32,000 nt of DNA from Geotalea uraniireducens Rf4 (lineage in GTDB: Bacteria > Desulfobacterota > Desulfuromonadia > Geobacterales > Geobacteraceae): assembly GCF_000016745.1 (NCBI RefSeq), contig NC_009483.1, forward strand, positions 1,320,001 to 1,352,000. The letters are read 5' to 3'. Positions within the stretch are counted from its first letter, which is position 1. Every line of letters starts with the position of its first letter. The translations under genes were made by a program, and so were the position numbers. Positions 8,145 through 17,268 of this stretch are shown piece by piece. The notes below the pieces were generated by a model. It made no database searches, was not told the DNA's origin, and was given only the letters and a program-made list of their open reading frames with translations.

Positions 8145-8312
8145 AACTATTCAGCATATCCCGGAGCGCGGGCATCCTGCCTGCGTTTCAAGCGGATGTA
8201 TCGCTTGAATTGGTTACGAGCAAACCGTATTCGGGCATAAACCCGCCCGAAACACGGGCAGGATGCCCACGCTCCTGAAAACCAGTCTGTTACTTTGCCG
8301 TGCTGAATAGTT
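8145..8312. repeat. 168-bp GC-rich nested inverted-repeat element between the tolC-like gene and the hydrogenase operon
   Basis: The outer 12-bp arms are perfect: AACTATTCAGCA 8145-8156 and TGCTGAATAGTT 8301-8312. The inner 19-bp arms are GGAGCGCGGGCATCCTGCC 8163-8181 and GGCAGGATGCCCACGCTCC 8257-8275, with 1 mismatch. Internal hairpins include TTCAAGCG-gatgtat-CGCTTGAA. Confidence 0.75.
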
Positions 8313-8357
8313 ACAGATGGAATCACACTGACACGATTCAGGCCGCATCGTCGTGGC

Positions 8358-9902
8358 CTATTTGTTCTGGAACGAGTCCGCCGAACTGAGTTTTTCGTAA
8401 AGGGAATCTCCTTCCTTATCCGAGACCTTGATCCCTTGTTTGTCCAATATCTCCCCGGTCGACCGCCAGAGCTGGGTGATTGCGTTGTTGTAGTCCGTCA
8501 GCGCCTTGATCTGGTTACCCTTGGCGGTTACCAGGTCGTTTTCCACGTCGAGTACGTCCTTGGTGGTCGCCAGTCCCACCTTGTTCTTCTTGATGAAGGC
8601 GTTGAGACGTTCTTCGGCAAAGGCCCTTCCCCGGTCGGTTACTTCCAGTTGCTTGTAGCTTGACTGGAGCGCCCTGATGGCGGTTTTTACCTCGTTGGCA
8701 ATGGAGGATTCCAGGCTTTGCAGCTGAGTCCGTGTCTGCTCAAGGGTTAATTTACTCTTGATGTAGTCATTTTCCGCTGCACGATTGCCAAGGGGATAGG
8801 TTAACTGAAGGCCGATCCCCCAGACCGGAAAGTCGCCGGAACTTATTTTTTCGATGTCACGGTTGTAGTGCTGATCCAGGCCGGTAAGGGCGACACTGGT
8901 GTTGAGGGCAAGATCGGGCAGGGTGCGATTTCTTGCCACCCGTGCCTGGAGGTCATTGGTTTTGATGGTCGCCCGTTGATTCAAAAGCTCGGGGCGTTCA
9001 GCCAGTGCCCGCGCCAGCGCCTCCTCTTCCACAATCGGGTAGCTTTGCCGGGTTGGCAGGTCGGTGATAAAAATATCGTTTCCCTTATCCAATTGTAAGA
9101 GCAGCCGCAATAAATCCATCTCGTCTTTGAGCGCCCGCTCGGCATCGATGATATCTTTTTCACGAGTGGCAACGCCGAATTCAGCATTCAAAATTTCCAT
9201 GGCCGGCAGGACCCCCGCCTTTACCTGGCCCTGGGTATCAGAGAGTATCTTCTGTGCCAGGGCGAGAGAAGTTTTCTTTACTTCCAGGTCTTCCCGCAGG
9301 CTATAGAGCTTGAAGCATTCGTTGCGGACCTGCGCTACGGTGTCGCTCAGCTTGGTTCTGAACCGGTCGAGCGTCCCTTCCTTGGCAAATCGCGCCGCGT
9401 TGATGTTCAACTCGGTGGCTTCCTTGCCGAAGTTTTTCAAGAGCGGCTGAGTGAAGGAAAGGGTGAGGTCCGACTGGTAATAGTTCGCGATTATTCCTCT
9501 CTGATCGGCATTGCTGGTGTTCCAGATGTTGTTGAAGGCCAATCCCACCGTGCCGCCGGTCTGTACGAGCTGGCTGGCGCCCGCATTGAATTGCACTGTC
9601 TGCTGGCGGTCCGTGGTCGCACCTGTAATAAAAAAGTTGGCGGGCAGGGTGGTGGAGTGGGTGTAGTTAGTCAGCGCATTCAACAAGGTGTCGTAGATCC
9701 CGAGGTTTCTGCGGATATCCGCCTCGGCCATGGCGGGGTTGTAAAGTTCCGCCTTGACGTCCAGGTTCTTTTCCACCGCAAGCTTGATGGCATCCTTAAT
9801 GGACAGGTTCAGCGGGCCTTCCTGTGCCAAAGCATTGTCGGCGCAATTAAAGAATAGAGCAGCAAGCAGAATGACAACGGTTTTCGTCCAATCAGATTTC
9901 AT
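8358..9902 (-). CDS. TolC-family outer membrane efflux protein
   Basis: Signal peptide MKSDWTKTVVILLAALFFNCADNALAQ. The protein has two-repeat OEP-like composition (LSIKDAIKLAVEKNLDVK..., long coiled alpha-helical repeats). It is the last gene of the efflux operon. Confidence 0.88.
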   Translation of the reverse strand: MKSDWTKTVVILLAALFFNCADNALAQEGPLNLSIKDAIKLAVEKNLDVKAELYNPAMAEADIRRNLGIYDTLLNALTNYTHSTTLPANFFITGATTDRQQTVQFNAGASQLVQTGGTVGLAFNNIWNTSNADQRGIIANYYQSDLTLSFTQPLLKNFGKEATELNINAARFAKEGTLDRFRTKLSDTVAQVRNECFKLYSLREDLEVKKTSLALAQKILSDTQGQVKAGVLPAMEILNAEFGVATREKDIIDAERALKDEMDLLRLLLQLDKGNDIFITDLPTRQSYPIVEEEALARALAERPELLNQRATIKTNDLQARVARNRTLPDLALNTSVALTGLDQHYNRDIEKISSGDFPVWGIGLQLTYPLGNRAAENDYIKSKLTLEQTRTQLQSLESSIANEVKTAIRALQSSYKQLEVTDRGRAFAEERLNAFIKKNKVGLATTKDVLDVENDLVTAKGNQIKALTDYNNAITQLWRSTGEILDKQGIKVSDKEGDSLYEKLSSADSFQNK

Positions 9903-9932
9903 ATCAACTATCCTTTTCTGAACATATTTGAA

Positions 9933-11158
9933 TTACTCGTATCTGAGCGCCTCGATGGGATTCATCGATGCAGCCTTTCTGGCTGGGTAGAAGCCGAAGA
10001 AAACGCCGACTCCGGCGGAAAAGCCAAAGGCGATGATGATTGTCTGCAGCGAAATAAGCGTCGGCCAGCCGATCAGTTGGGCAACGATGCGTGCGCCTGC
10101 AATTCCGAGCACCATGCCGATAATCCCGCCGCAGGTGGTGAGGAGCACCGCCTCGGTGAGGAACTGCAAGAGGATGTCACGCTGCTTCGCGCCGATCGCT
10201 ATCCGGATACCGATCTCCCTGGTCCGTTCCGTCACCGACACGAGCATGATGTTCATGATGCCGATCCCGCCGACGATGAGGGAGATGGATGCGACCGCCC
10301 CGAGCAGCATCGACATTACCTTTGAAGACTGTTCGGAGACGGCCAGGATCTCCGAGAGGTTCCTGATGGAAAAATCCACCTCGCGGGCGGGTCCTATCCG
10401 GTGGCGCTGGTTCAAGAGCGCAGTCACTTCCTCTTCAGCCTTCTTCAGGACTTCCGCGCTTTTGGCCTGGATCATCATCGCGCCGACAGTGTTGGGAAAC
10501 TGGCTGCCGAACAGTTTGCGCTGTGCGGTGCGCAGGGGAACGTAGATCACGTCGTCCTGATCCTGGCCTTGAGGGGACTGTCCCTTTTTATCCATAATAC
10601 CGATAACTGTAAAGGGGATTTTTTTGATGCGGATGATTTTGCCGACAGGATCAAGGTCGCCGAACAGGTTGTCGGCGACGGTCTGGCCGATCAGGCAGTT
10701 CTTTGTCGCACCGTCCACATCGGACTGGGAGATGTTCCTCCCCGCGACAAGCGGCCATTCCCTGACGGTGAGCATTTCCGGTGTTGTCCCCATGACGATG
10801 GTCGACCAGTTCTGGTTCCCGTAGACCACCTGGGCCGTTCCCCTGACCGTAGGGGCAACTTCTCCCACCGACGGGCATTCCGCCTTGATGGCCTTGGCGT
10901 CGTCGTAGGTAAGGGTCGGCGTGCCGCCGGAGCCGGAGCGCATCCCCCCGCTGGTGGTTGAGCCGGGGATGACCAGGAGGAGGTTGCTGCCGATGCTGGA
11001 TATCTGGTCGGAGATCATTTTGCTCGCCCCGGCGCCGATGGCCACCATTGCTATGACCGCGGCGATGCCGATAATGATGCCGAGCATGGTTAAGAGGGCA
11101 CGCATCTTGTTGACCCGGAGCGCCCGCATGGCGATGAGAAGGCTTTGCAGGAAAGTGG

Positions 11159-11162
<4 letters not shown>
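9933..11162 (-). CDS. MacB-type ABC transporter permease (FtsX family with a large periplasmic domain)
   Basis: N-terminus ALRVNKMRALLTMLGIIIGIAAVIAMVAIG, a periplasmic domain of about 200 aa, and a C-terminal FtsX-like three-TM region ending PARKAASMNPIEALRYE. Confidence 0.9.
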
Positions 11163-11884
<722 letters not shown>

Positions 11885-13108
11885 TTAGAACCTCGGTCCC
11901 ATCGGTCCGCCACCCATGCCGCCCGACTTTTTGCCGGCAACGACCTGATCGACGATCACCTCGTCATTTTCCTTCAGGTTGCCCGAAATGAGCTCCACGA
12001 ACCTGTCGTCGGCAATCCCCGTTTTTACCGGCACCGGCACCGGTTTGTTCTCCTTGCTCAGTATGTAGACCTGCTGGCCGCCTTCCCTCTTCGTCTTTCC
12101 CGCGTTCCTGGTTTCATCCCCTTTCCCTTTTTCCTTCCCTTTGCCTTTAGCGTCCTTCATCTCCTTCGGTCTGAACCTTAAGGCCGCAGTGGGGATTTTG
12201 ATCACGTTGTCTTTTTTCATGGTCTGGACGGCCACGTTGGCGGTCATTCCGGGCTTCAGCATCAACTCTTTGTTGTTCACACCTATGACCACCACGTAGG
12301 TGACGACGTTCTGCGTCACGACCGGGGCGTTCCTGATCTGGGTCACGATCCCGGAAAACTGCCGGTCGGGATAGGCGTCCACGGTAAAGTTCGCTGTCTG
12401 TCCGACCTTTATCCGGCTGATGTCGGATTCGTCCACGCTGGTATCGATCTCCATCTTGGTCAGGTCCTGGGCGATGGTGAAGAGGGTTGGGGTCTGGAAC
12501 GAGGCCGCCACGGTCTGGCCGACGTCCACATTCCGCGAGACGACGATGCCGTCAACCGGCGACCGGATCGTTGCGTAGCGGAGGTTGGTCTCGGCCTGCC
12601 GAAGTGCGCCGCTTGTCTGGATGACGACAGCCTCGGCCGATTTGACGCCGGCCACGGCCTGATCGTAGGCGGTTTGAGCTGCGTCCAGGTCGCTCTGGGC
12701 GATGATGCCCTGCTCCATCAACTGCTTGTTTCTGCCGAGGGTCCGTTTGGTGTCGGCGACGACCACCTTGGCCTTGCTCAGATTAGCCTCGGCGTTGAGG
12801 AAATTTCCCCTCGACTGTTCAACCTGGGCAAGGAAGAGGGCCGGGTCGATCTGGGCGATGGTCTGTCCCTTCTTTACCGGCGAATTGAAATCCACGTACA
12901 GCTTTGCCAGGGTGCCGGAAACCTGGGTGCCTACCTGCACCGTTACCACTGCCGCAAGGGTGCCTGTGGCGGAAACGGCGGAGACGATCGGTCCCTGTTC
13001 CACCTTGACCGTTTTGTATGACGCCTCTGCCGGTTTCCTGGCATAGAAATATATGCCCACGGCAGCTGCAATCAGAAGTATTGCGGCAATAACGATGATT
13101 CTTTTCAT
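11885..13108 (-). CDS. efflux periplasmic adaptor (MacA/HlyD-family membrane fusion protein)
   Basis: N-terminal anchor MKRIIVIAAILLIAAAVGIYF, a coiled-coil hairpin region and beta-barrel motifs (IRSPVDGIVVSRNVDVGQTV). A GAGG RBS is present. Its stop abuts the ATPase start. Confidence 0.9.
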   Translation of the reverse strand: MKRIIVIAAILLIAAAVGIYFYARKPAEASYKTVKVEQGPIVSAVSATGTLAAVVTVQVGTQVSGTLAKLYVDFNSPVKKGQTIAQIDPALFLAQVEQSRGNFLNAEANLSKAKVVVADTKRTLGRNKQLMEQGIIAQSDLDAAQTAYDQAVAGVKSAEAVVIQTSGALRQAETNLRYATIRSPVDGIVVSRNVDVGQTVAASFQTPTLFTIAQDLTKMEIDTSVDESDISRIKVGQTANFTVDAYPDRQFSGIVTQIRNAPVVTQNVVTYVVVIGVNNKELMLKPGMTANVAVQTMKKDNVIKIPTAALRFRPKEMKDAKGKGKEKGKGDETRNAGKTKREGGQQVYILSKENKPVPVPVKTGIADDRFVELISGNLKENDEVIVDQVVAGKKSGGMGGGPMGPRF

Positions 13109-13139
13109 GTAATACCTCGCTGGTAAAGTGATTCAGAAG

Positions 13140-13586
13140 CTATTTCTCATCGGCAGAAATGGTGTCGATGTTGGCGCAAATTTTATTGAGGAGCACCTTG
13201 AGCAGCAGCTGTTCCTCTTCACTAATCCCCGTGAACACGTCCTCACCCATCTGGCAGGCGACAGGCAAGAGCTGCGCCCGCAACATCCTGCCTTCACCGG
13301 TCAGGTTTATAATGAAGGCCCGCCGGTCGTCGGGACTCGCCTCCCTCCTGATAATCCCCTTGTTCTGCAGTTTGTCCAGAATGCGGGTCGTATTGGGCTG
13401 GTCCTTGAAAATCTGCTCGGCCAGTTCCTTCTGGGTCAGGCCGTCCTTTTCCCACAAGCGGTTCAGGACCCGCCATTGTTCGACAGTGATGTCGTACGGT
13501 TTGAAACGCCGTCCCAGCTCATTTTTAAGCGCCAGGGCTGTTTTATTGATGACATATCCCAGTGGGGCGTCCAGTTTGAATTCCAT
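13140..13586 (-). CDS. MarR-family transcriptional regulator
   Basis: wHTH segment LTQKELAEQIFKDQPNTTRILDKLQNKGIIRREASPDDRRA. ATG 13586 has a GAGGA RBS. The track start at 13604 is a TTG extension. Confidence 0.88.
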   Translation of the reverse strand: MEFKLDAPLGYVINKTALALKNELGRRFKPYDITVEQWRVLNRLWEKDGLTQKELAEQIFKDQPNTTRILDKLQNKGIIRREASPDDRRAFIINLTGEGRMLRAQLLPVACQMGEDVFTGISEEEQLLLKVLLNKICANIDTISADEK

Positions 13587-13597
13587 TGGTGTCCTCA

Positions 13598-13635
13598 ATG
13601 ACAATGTTTGTTGATAATAATAATTGTCATGACAA
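13598..13635. promoter_or_regulatory. candidate MarR operator (TGACAA half-sites, 12-bp perfect palindrome)
   Basis: TTGTCATGACAA at 13624-13635 is a perfect palindrome. An additional TGACAA lies at 13599-13604. Both sit in the AT-rich marR/PAP2 divergent region. Confidence 0.4.
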
Positions 13636-13805
13636 CATTATTTGTTAAAAAAAGAAGGAAGTAAATCCTTTTTTTGATTAAACGCGCGGAAATTAATTTG
13701 GTTGACGTTCGTATGCAATTATTTTTATTCTGGCTCCTTACACGGATGAACCGCTGTCTGCGGGCGAGACGCAATTCGACATCCCTGCCGGAAAGGAATG
13801 ACCCG

Positions 13806-14402
13806 ATGGACACCGCATTTTACGAGCTTTGCTACGGTAGGGAAGGGATCAACCACAAGCTGTTCATGCTGATCAATCACGCCGACCTGCCGTTCCTGGA
13901 CACCCTTATGCCGGTCATTACCCTTCTTGGCGGCGCCAGGTTTTTTTACCTGTACTTCGCCCTTATTGCGGCCGTTTATGTCGTCGACAGGAAACTGATG
14001 CCGGGCCGCTACCTGGTGGTTTATGCCGCGGCGACCATGCTGGCCCTGCTTGTCGAGAATCTGCTCAAGGAGTTTTTTCACGTGCCGCGCCCTGCCATGG
14101 CCATTGGCGTGGAGCAGATCAGAATCCTGGGGGAGATCAAAAAGTACAACAGCCTCCCTTCCGGGCACGCATTCTTCTCCTTCATGACCGCCTTTGTCCT
14201 TTCCTACGGCAGAAGCGCGCGCTGGAAGCTGGGCCTCTTCTTCCTTGCGGCCCTCGTCGCCTATTCGCGGATTTACGTGGGCGCCCATTATCCCCTCGAT
14301 GTGGCAGGGGGGGCGGCTGTCGGCATTGCCTGCGGTTTTTTCGTCTGGAAGCTTTATGGAGTTGTGGCCGGGTCGGTAAAGCGCAAGATATCCGGCGATT
14401 GA
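13806..14402 (+). CDS. PAP2-family phosphatase (undecaprenyl-diphosphatase/lipid phosphatase-like)
   Basis: Shows the three PAP2 motifs: KEFFHVPRP, PSGHA and SRIYVGAHYPLD. ATG 13806 follows an aaAGGAatgaccc RBS. The track start at 13674 adds a non-protein-like extension. Confidence 0.85.
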   Translation: MDTAFYELCYGREGINHKLFMLINHADLPFLDTLMPVITLLGGARFFYLYFALIAAVYVVDRKLMPGRYLVVYAAATMLALLVENLLKEFFHVPRPAMAIGVEQIRILGEIKKYNSLPSGHAFFSFMTAFVLSYGRSARWKLGLFFLAALVAYSRIYVGAHYPLDVAGGAAVGIACGFFVWKLYGVVAGSVKRKISGD

Positions 14403-14447
14403 TCCTCTTCATCCCTTTCCGCTGACAGAGGGCGGAAATGTCCCCCT

Positions 14448-15674
14448 TCAAGATACTTCCACATGCCTCACCCCTTCCGGCCGCCAGGCCGGGGAGATGA
14501 CGCCGGCCCCCTTCTTCTCGTCGATCAGGCTCCCGTAGGTCACCGTAAAATCCCCGAAACGGTCGTTCACCATATCCATCGCCGCGGTGGCCAGGGCCTT
14601 TTTCCGTTCCTCGACAAAGAGAGGGAGCTGCTCCGTGTGGTGGCGCAGGTTGGTGATACGCACGCCGAGGAGGCGCACCGGCTGGCGGAGGTCTACGCTG
14701 TCCAGGAGCAGCACAGCCGCCTGGTAGATGTCGTCGCTTTGGTTGGTGTAGTTGCCAGCCGTTGCCTGGAGGCTGAAGGTGCTGAAATCGGCGTAGCGTA
14801 TGGTAAGGGTGACGGTCTTGCCCGCCACGGCATGCTTCCTCGCCCGTCTCCCCACCATCTCTGCGAGCCGGAGGAGGATGGCGAGGATCTCGCCTCGCTC
14901 CGTTATGTCCCGTTCCAGGGTCGTGCTGTGCCCCACTGATTTCACGTCCGGAGCCGCCTCGGCGGGGACGACCGGCGCATCATCGATCCCGAGCCCCATC
15001 CGGTGCAGCTTTTCGCCGACCACGCCGAAGCGCCTCGTCAGGATATGTACCGGAAACCGTCCCAGCTCGCCGCAGGTCCTGATGCCGAGCAAGGTGAGGG
15101 TGCGCTCCGTCTGGCGGCCGATGCCGCACAGTTCCCTGATCGGCAGGTTTTCGAGGATGGCGGCGACCCTTTCCTGGTGGATGACGGTCAGGCCGTCCGG
15201 CTTTTTCATCTCCGAGGCGAGTTTTGCGAGGAGCTTGTTCGGAGCAATGCCGATGGAGCAGGTGAGTCCGAAGCGGTGCCTGATGCGGGCCTTGATCAGG
15301 TGGGCGATGCGGGATGCGGAGCCGAAGAGGCGGAGCGAGCCGGTGATGTCGAGGAACGCCTCATCGATGGAGAACACCTCCACGAGCGGGGTATAGTCGT
15401 GGAGCATGGCCATGATCCGGCGGGAGATGGAGGTATATCTGCGGTTGTTGCCGGGAACGCAGATAAGGTCGGGGCACTTTTGCCGCGCCTCGAAGATCCG
15501 CATGCCGGTTTTGACGCCGTACCCCCTCGCCTCGTAAGACGCGGTCAGAATAATCGTCCGCGCAGATTTGCCGGTCACAGCCACCGGTTTGCCGCGCAGG
15601 GCGGGGTCGGTCTGCTGCTCCACGGAGGCGAAAAAGGCGTTCATGTCGATATGGAGGATGGTGCGCTGGGGCAT
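14448..15674 (-). CDS. dinB: DNA polymerase IV (Y-family translesion polymerase)
   Basis: MPQRTILHIDMNAFFASVEQ... and SIDEAFLDITG, typical DinB motifs. ATG 15674 lies 4 nt after the TAA of the upstream MNT gene. The track start at 15836 overlaps that gene and is rejected. Confidence 0.93.
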   Translation of the reverse strand: MPQRTILHIDMNAFFASVEQQTDPALRGKPVAVTGKSARTIILTASYEARGYGVKTGMRIFEARQKCPDLICVPGNNRRYTSISRRIMAMLHDYTPLVEVFSIDEAFLDITGSLRLFGSASRIAHLIKARIRHRFGLTCSIGIAPNKLLAKLASEMKKPDGLTVIHQERVAAILENLPIRELCGIGRQTERTLTLLGIRTCGELGRFPVHILTRRFGVVGEKLHRMGLGIDDAPVVPAEAAPDVKSVGHSTTLERDITERGEILAILLRLAEMVGRRARKHAVAGKTVTLTIRYADFSTFSLQATAGNYTNQSDDIYQAAVLLLDSVDLRQPVRLLGVRITNLRHHTEQLPLFVEERKKALATAAMDMVNDRFGDFTVTYGSLIDEKKGAGVISPAWRPEGVRHVEVS

Positions 15675-15678
15675 GGTG

Positions 15679-16050
15679 TTACATTTCATCTGTTTCTTGG
15701 CCGTCATTTCCGCCTGCGGGGAGGTTCGGTTTTTCATAAAAAACGATGCCGACACGCTGGATATGATCGATGAAGCCAGGGTCATCAATTTGATGCAGCA
15801 AGGAAAGGTCGATTTTATAGGGCAACAGCAGGTCATCCAGTTCAGTTTCGATCTTCAGCAGTTGTGAAAGCGTAACGCCTTTACCCCTGATGGTGAGGTC
15901 GATATCCGAGCCGTTGCGATAATTCCCTTTGGCGCGTGAACCGTACAGTATCACCTGCTCTATCTGCGGATGGGCGGCGAATACCCCGTTGATTTTTTCG
16001 ATGGTGGTTTGTTTTAGGCCGTATTTTAACTTCTCATTGTCATCCGGCAT
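15679..16050 (-). CDS. minimal nucleotidyltransferase (MNT, HI0073-like antitoxin of a HEPN/MNT pair)
   Basis: Carries the NTase motif LYGSRAKGNYRNGSDIDL. It overlaps the upstream HEPN gene by 11 nt. The C-terminal tail PNLPAGGNDGQETDEM looks like an extension. Confidence 0.85.
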   Translation of the reverse strand: MPDDNEKLKYGLKQTTIEKINGVFAAHPQIEQVILYGSRAKGNYRNGSDIDLTIRGKGVTLSQLLKIETELDDLLLPYKIDLSLLHQIDDPGFIDHIQRVGIVFYEKPNLPAGGNDGQETDEM

Positions 16051-16459
16051 TTTTCAGGTCCTGCATTTTCTTTTCAAAAGCCTTTGACAGATCATAATAA
16101 ATGGCGGTCACTTTCTCCGCTATTTCGTCGGCAACATCCTGGTTGTAGGTGTGCGACGTCATATTCCGGCTCTGGATCATCTCCATCCACCCTTCGCCAT
16201 CGGCAATCAGGTTCCTTCGAAAGGCCTCGCGGGTTGCATCACGGGAACCCGTGATCGAGGTGTTTCCCTGGTATTCGAAGTAATCCTTCATGACGTTCCA
16301 GGCCAGCTCATGGGTGAACTTAAAGGCTTGAATAAGACCTAGTTGCTCAAGTTGAGATAGGGGGCGCTGCCGGCTGAGTTCCACCGCTTTGTTCAGTTGC
16401 AACAATGCCTTTTGATAATGACTGAAACGTTGCTGCCAGCGGATGTCTTGGTGGTTCAT
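16040..16459 (-). CDS. HEPN-domain protein (HI0074-family nucleotidyltransferase substrate-binding protein; toxin of a HEPN/MNT pair)
   Basis: MNHQDIRWQQRFSHYQKALLQL... with the Rx4-6H motif in SRNMTSHTY. ATG 16459 is preferred over the GTG at 16474. Confidence 0.85.
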   Translation of the reverse strand: MNHQDIRWQQRFSHYQKALLQLNKAVELSRQRPLSQLEQLGLIQAFKFTHELAWNVMKDYFEYQGNTSITGSRDATREAFRRNLIADGEGWMEMIQSRNMTSHTYNQDVADEIAEKVTAIYYDLSKAFEKKMQDLKNAG

Positions 16460-16506
16460 GGTTTTTCCACGCACAGGTTTTGGAGGATAGGCTTCCAGCC
16501 TGTCAT

Positions 16507-16573
16507 GGCGGCGCAGCCGCCAACGCAGGCGAGACGCCTACGCCCCGTTATTTTTCATGCGAACGGTGGGGCG
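16507..16573. repeat. GC-rich hairpin cluster in the gap between the BsuBI-like gene and the HEPN gene
   Basis: GGCGG-cgcag-CCGCC at 16507-16521 and CGCCCCGTT...AACGGtGGGGCG at 16541-16573. The segment ACGCAGGCGAGACGCCTACGCCCC matches ACACGGGCAGGATGCCCACGCTCC of element 8145-8312 at 17 of 24 positions. Confidence 0.5.
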
Positions 16574-16612
16574 ACACGCTCCGGATACAGATTTCTTCGA
16601 GAAGCGGATCAG

Positions 16613-17116
16613 TTAATACCGTCCGAGAAAACGATCTCCATTGAAATGGATCATGTGCGTCGGCGCTTCCGCTATCCATACATCGGTTTCCCAGGAAATG
16701 TCAATCTCATGGCGGGAAAAGTCCGTCAGCGTGGGAAAGACTGATAAATAGCACCGTCCGGCGATGGAGGAAGCAAACCTTTCCGCCAGTTCTTTGCGCC
16801 GCACGGCGTTTATCGTGCCGTGACCCGTGACGGTATCGATGAGAAGAATCCAGTTTTTCGCAGGGTAATGAATGACCACATCCGGCATTTTGTCATGAAT
16901 GTCAACCTTAATGCCGAGGACAGAAAGTCCCGCTTTGTCGAAGTATCCGCACTTCCCGCCGGTATCGCTCACATACAGGACAACCCCACCCGGCACAAAC
17001 CGGGGGCCGAATTCATCGATGATTTTCATGATAAGCCGGTTGTGCTTCCCCGGCAGCAACTGAATGCTCTTGCCATGGGCGACAGTCAGCGGAATCATTG
17101 GCATTTCTCTTTCCAT
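16613..17116 (-). CDS. stand-alone BsuBI/PstI-type restriction endonuclease catalytic (C-terminal) domain protein
   Basis: LPGKHNRLIMKIIDEFGPRFVPGGVVLYVSDTGGK ... MPDVVIHYPAKNWILLIDTVTGHG ... ISWETDVWIAEAPTHMIHFNGDRFLGRY matches the remembered BsuBI/PstI RE C-terminal domain consensus. The frame is open for only 14 codons above the TTG at 17149, so no N-terminal recognition domain is present. Start is uncertain (17116, 17104 or 17098). A TATAAT lies at 17196-17191 on the minus strand. Confidence 0.7.
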   Translation of the reverse strand: MEREMPMIPLTVAHGKSIQLLPGKHNRLIMKIIDEFGPRFVPGGVVLYVSDTGGKCGYFDKAGLSVLGIKVDIHDKMPDVVIHYPAKNWILLIDTVTGHGTINAVRRKELAERFASSIAGRCYLSVFPTLTDFSRHEIDISWETDVWIAEAPTHMIHFNGDRFLGRY

Positions 17117-17217
17117 GCATTTCCCCGTCAGGCTTTCCCCCCAATGCAAAAGTTGTCGAATCCGGACTTTGAAAGCGTAGGAGGTAGTTAATTATACCTC
17201 ATCATCTTCTTGAATGC

Positions 17218-17243
17218 TACTTAAAGTCTGTAGACTCATAAGC
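17218..17243 (+). promoter_or_regulatory. C-box-like operator pair upstream of the controller-protein gene
   Basis: TACT-TAA-AGTC-TGTA-GACT-CAT-AAGC fits the remembered C.PvuII-type architecture GACT-N3-AGTC-N4-GACT-N3-AGTC with 3 mismatches. It ends 25 nt before ATG 17269. No SD precedes the ATG, suggesting a leaderless or near-leaderless transcript as in known C genes. Confidence 0.55.
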
Positions 17244-17268
17244 ATCATTCCTTCAAGATAGCCCAGTT

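Noticed and set aside
8145-8312. Possible 6S RNA, tRNA-like, GEMM/c-di-GMP riboswitch or retron msr-msd
   Set aside because: There is no central bubble of the 6S type, no cloverleaf, no GGACGCAAAGCC-type GEMM core (only a lone GCAAACC), and no reverse transcriptase gene nearby. I keep it as an unclassified inverted-repeat element.
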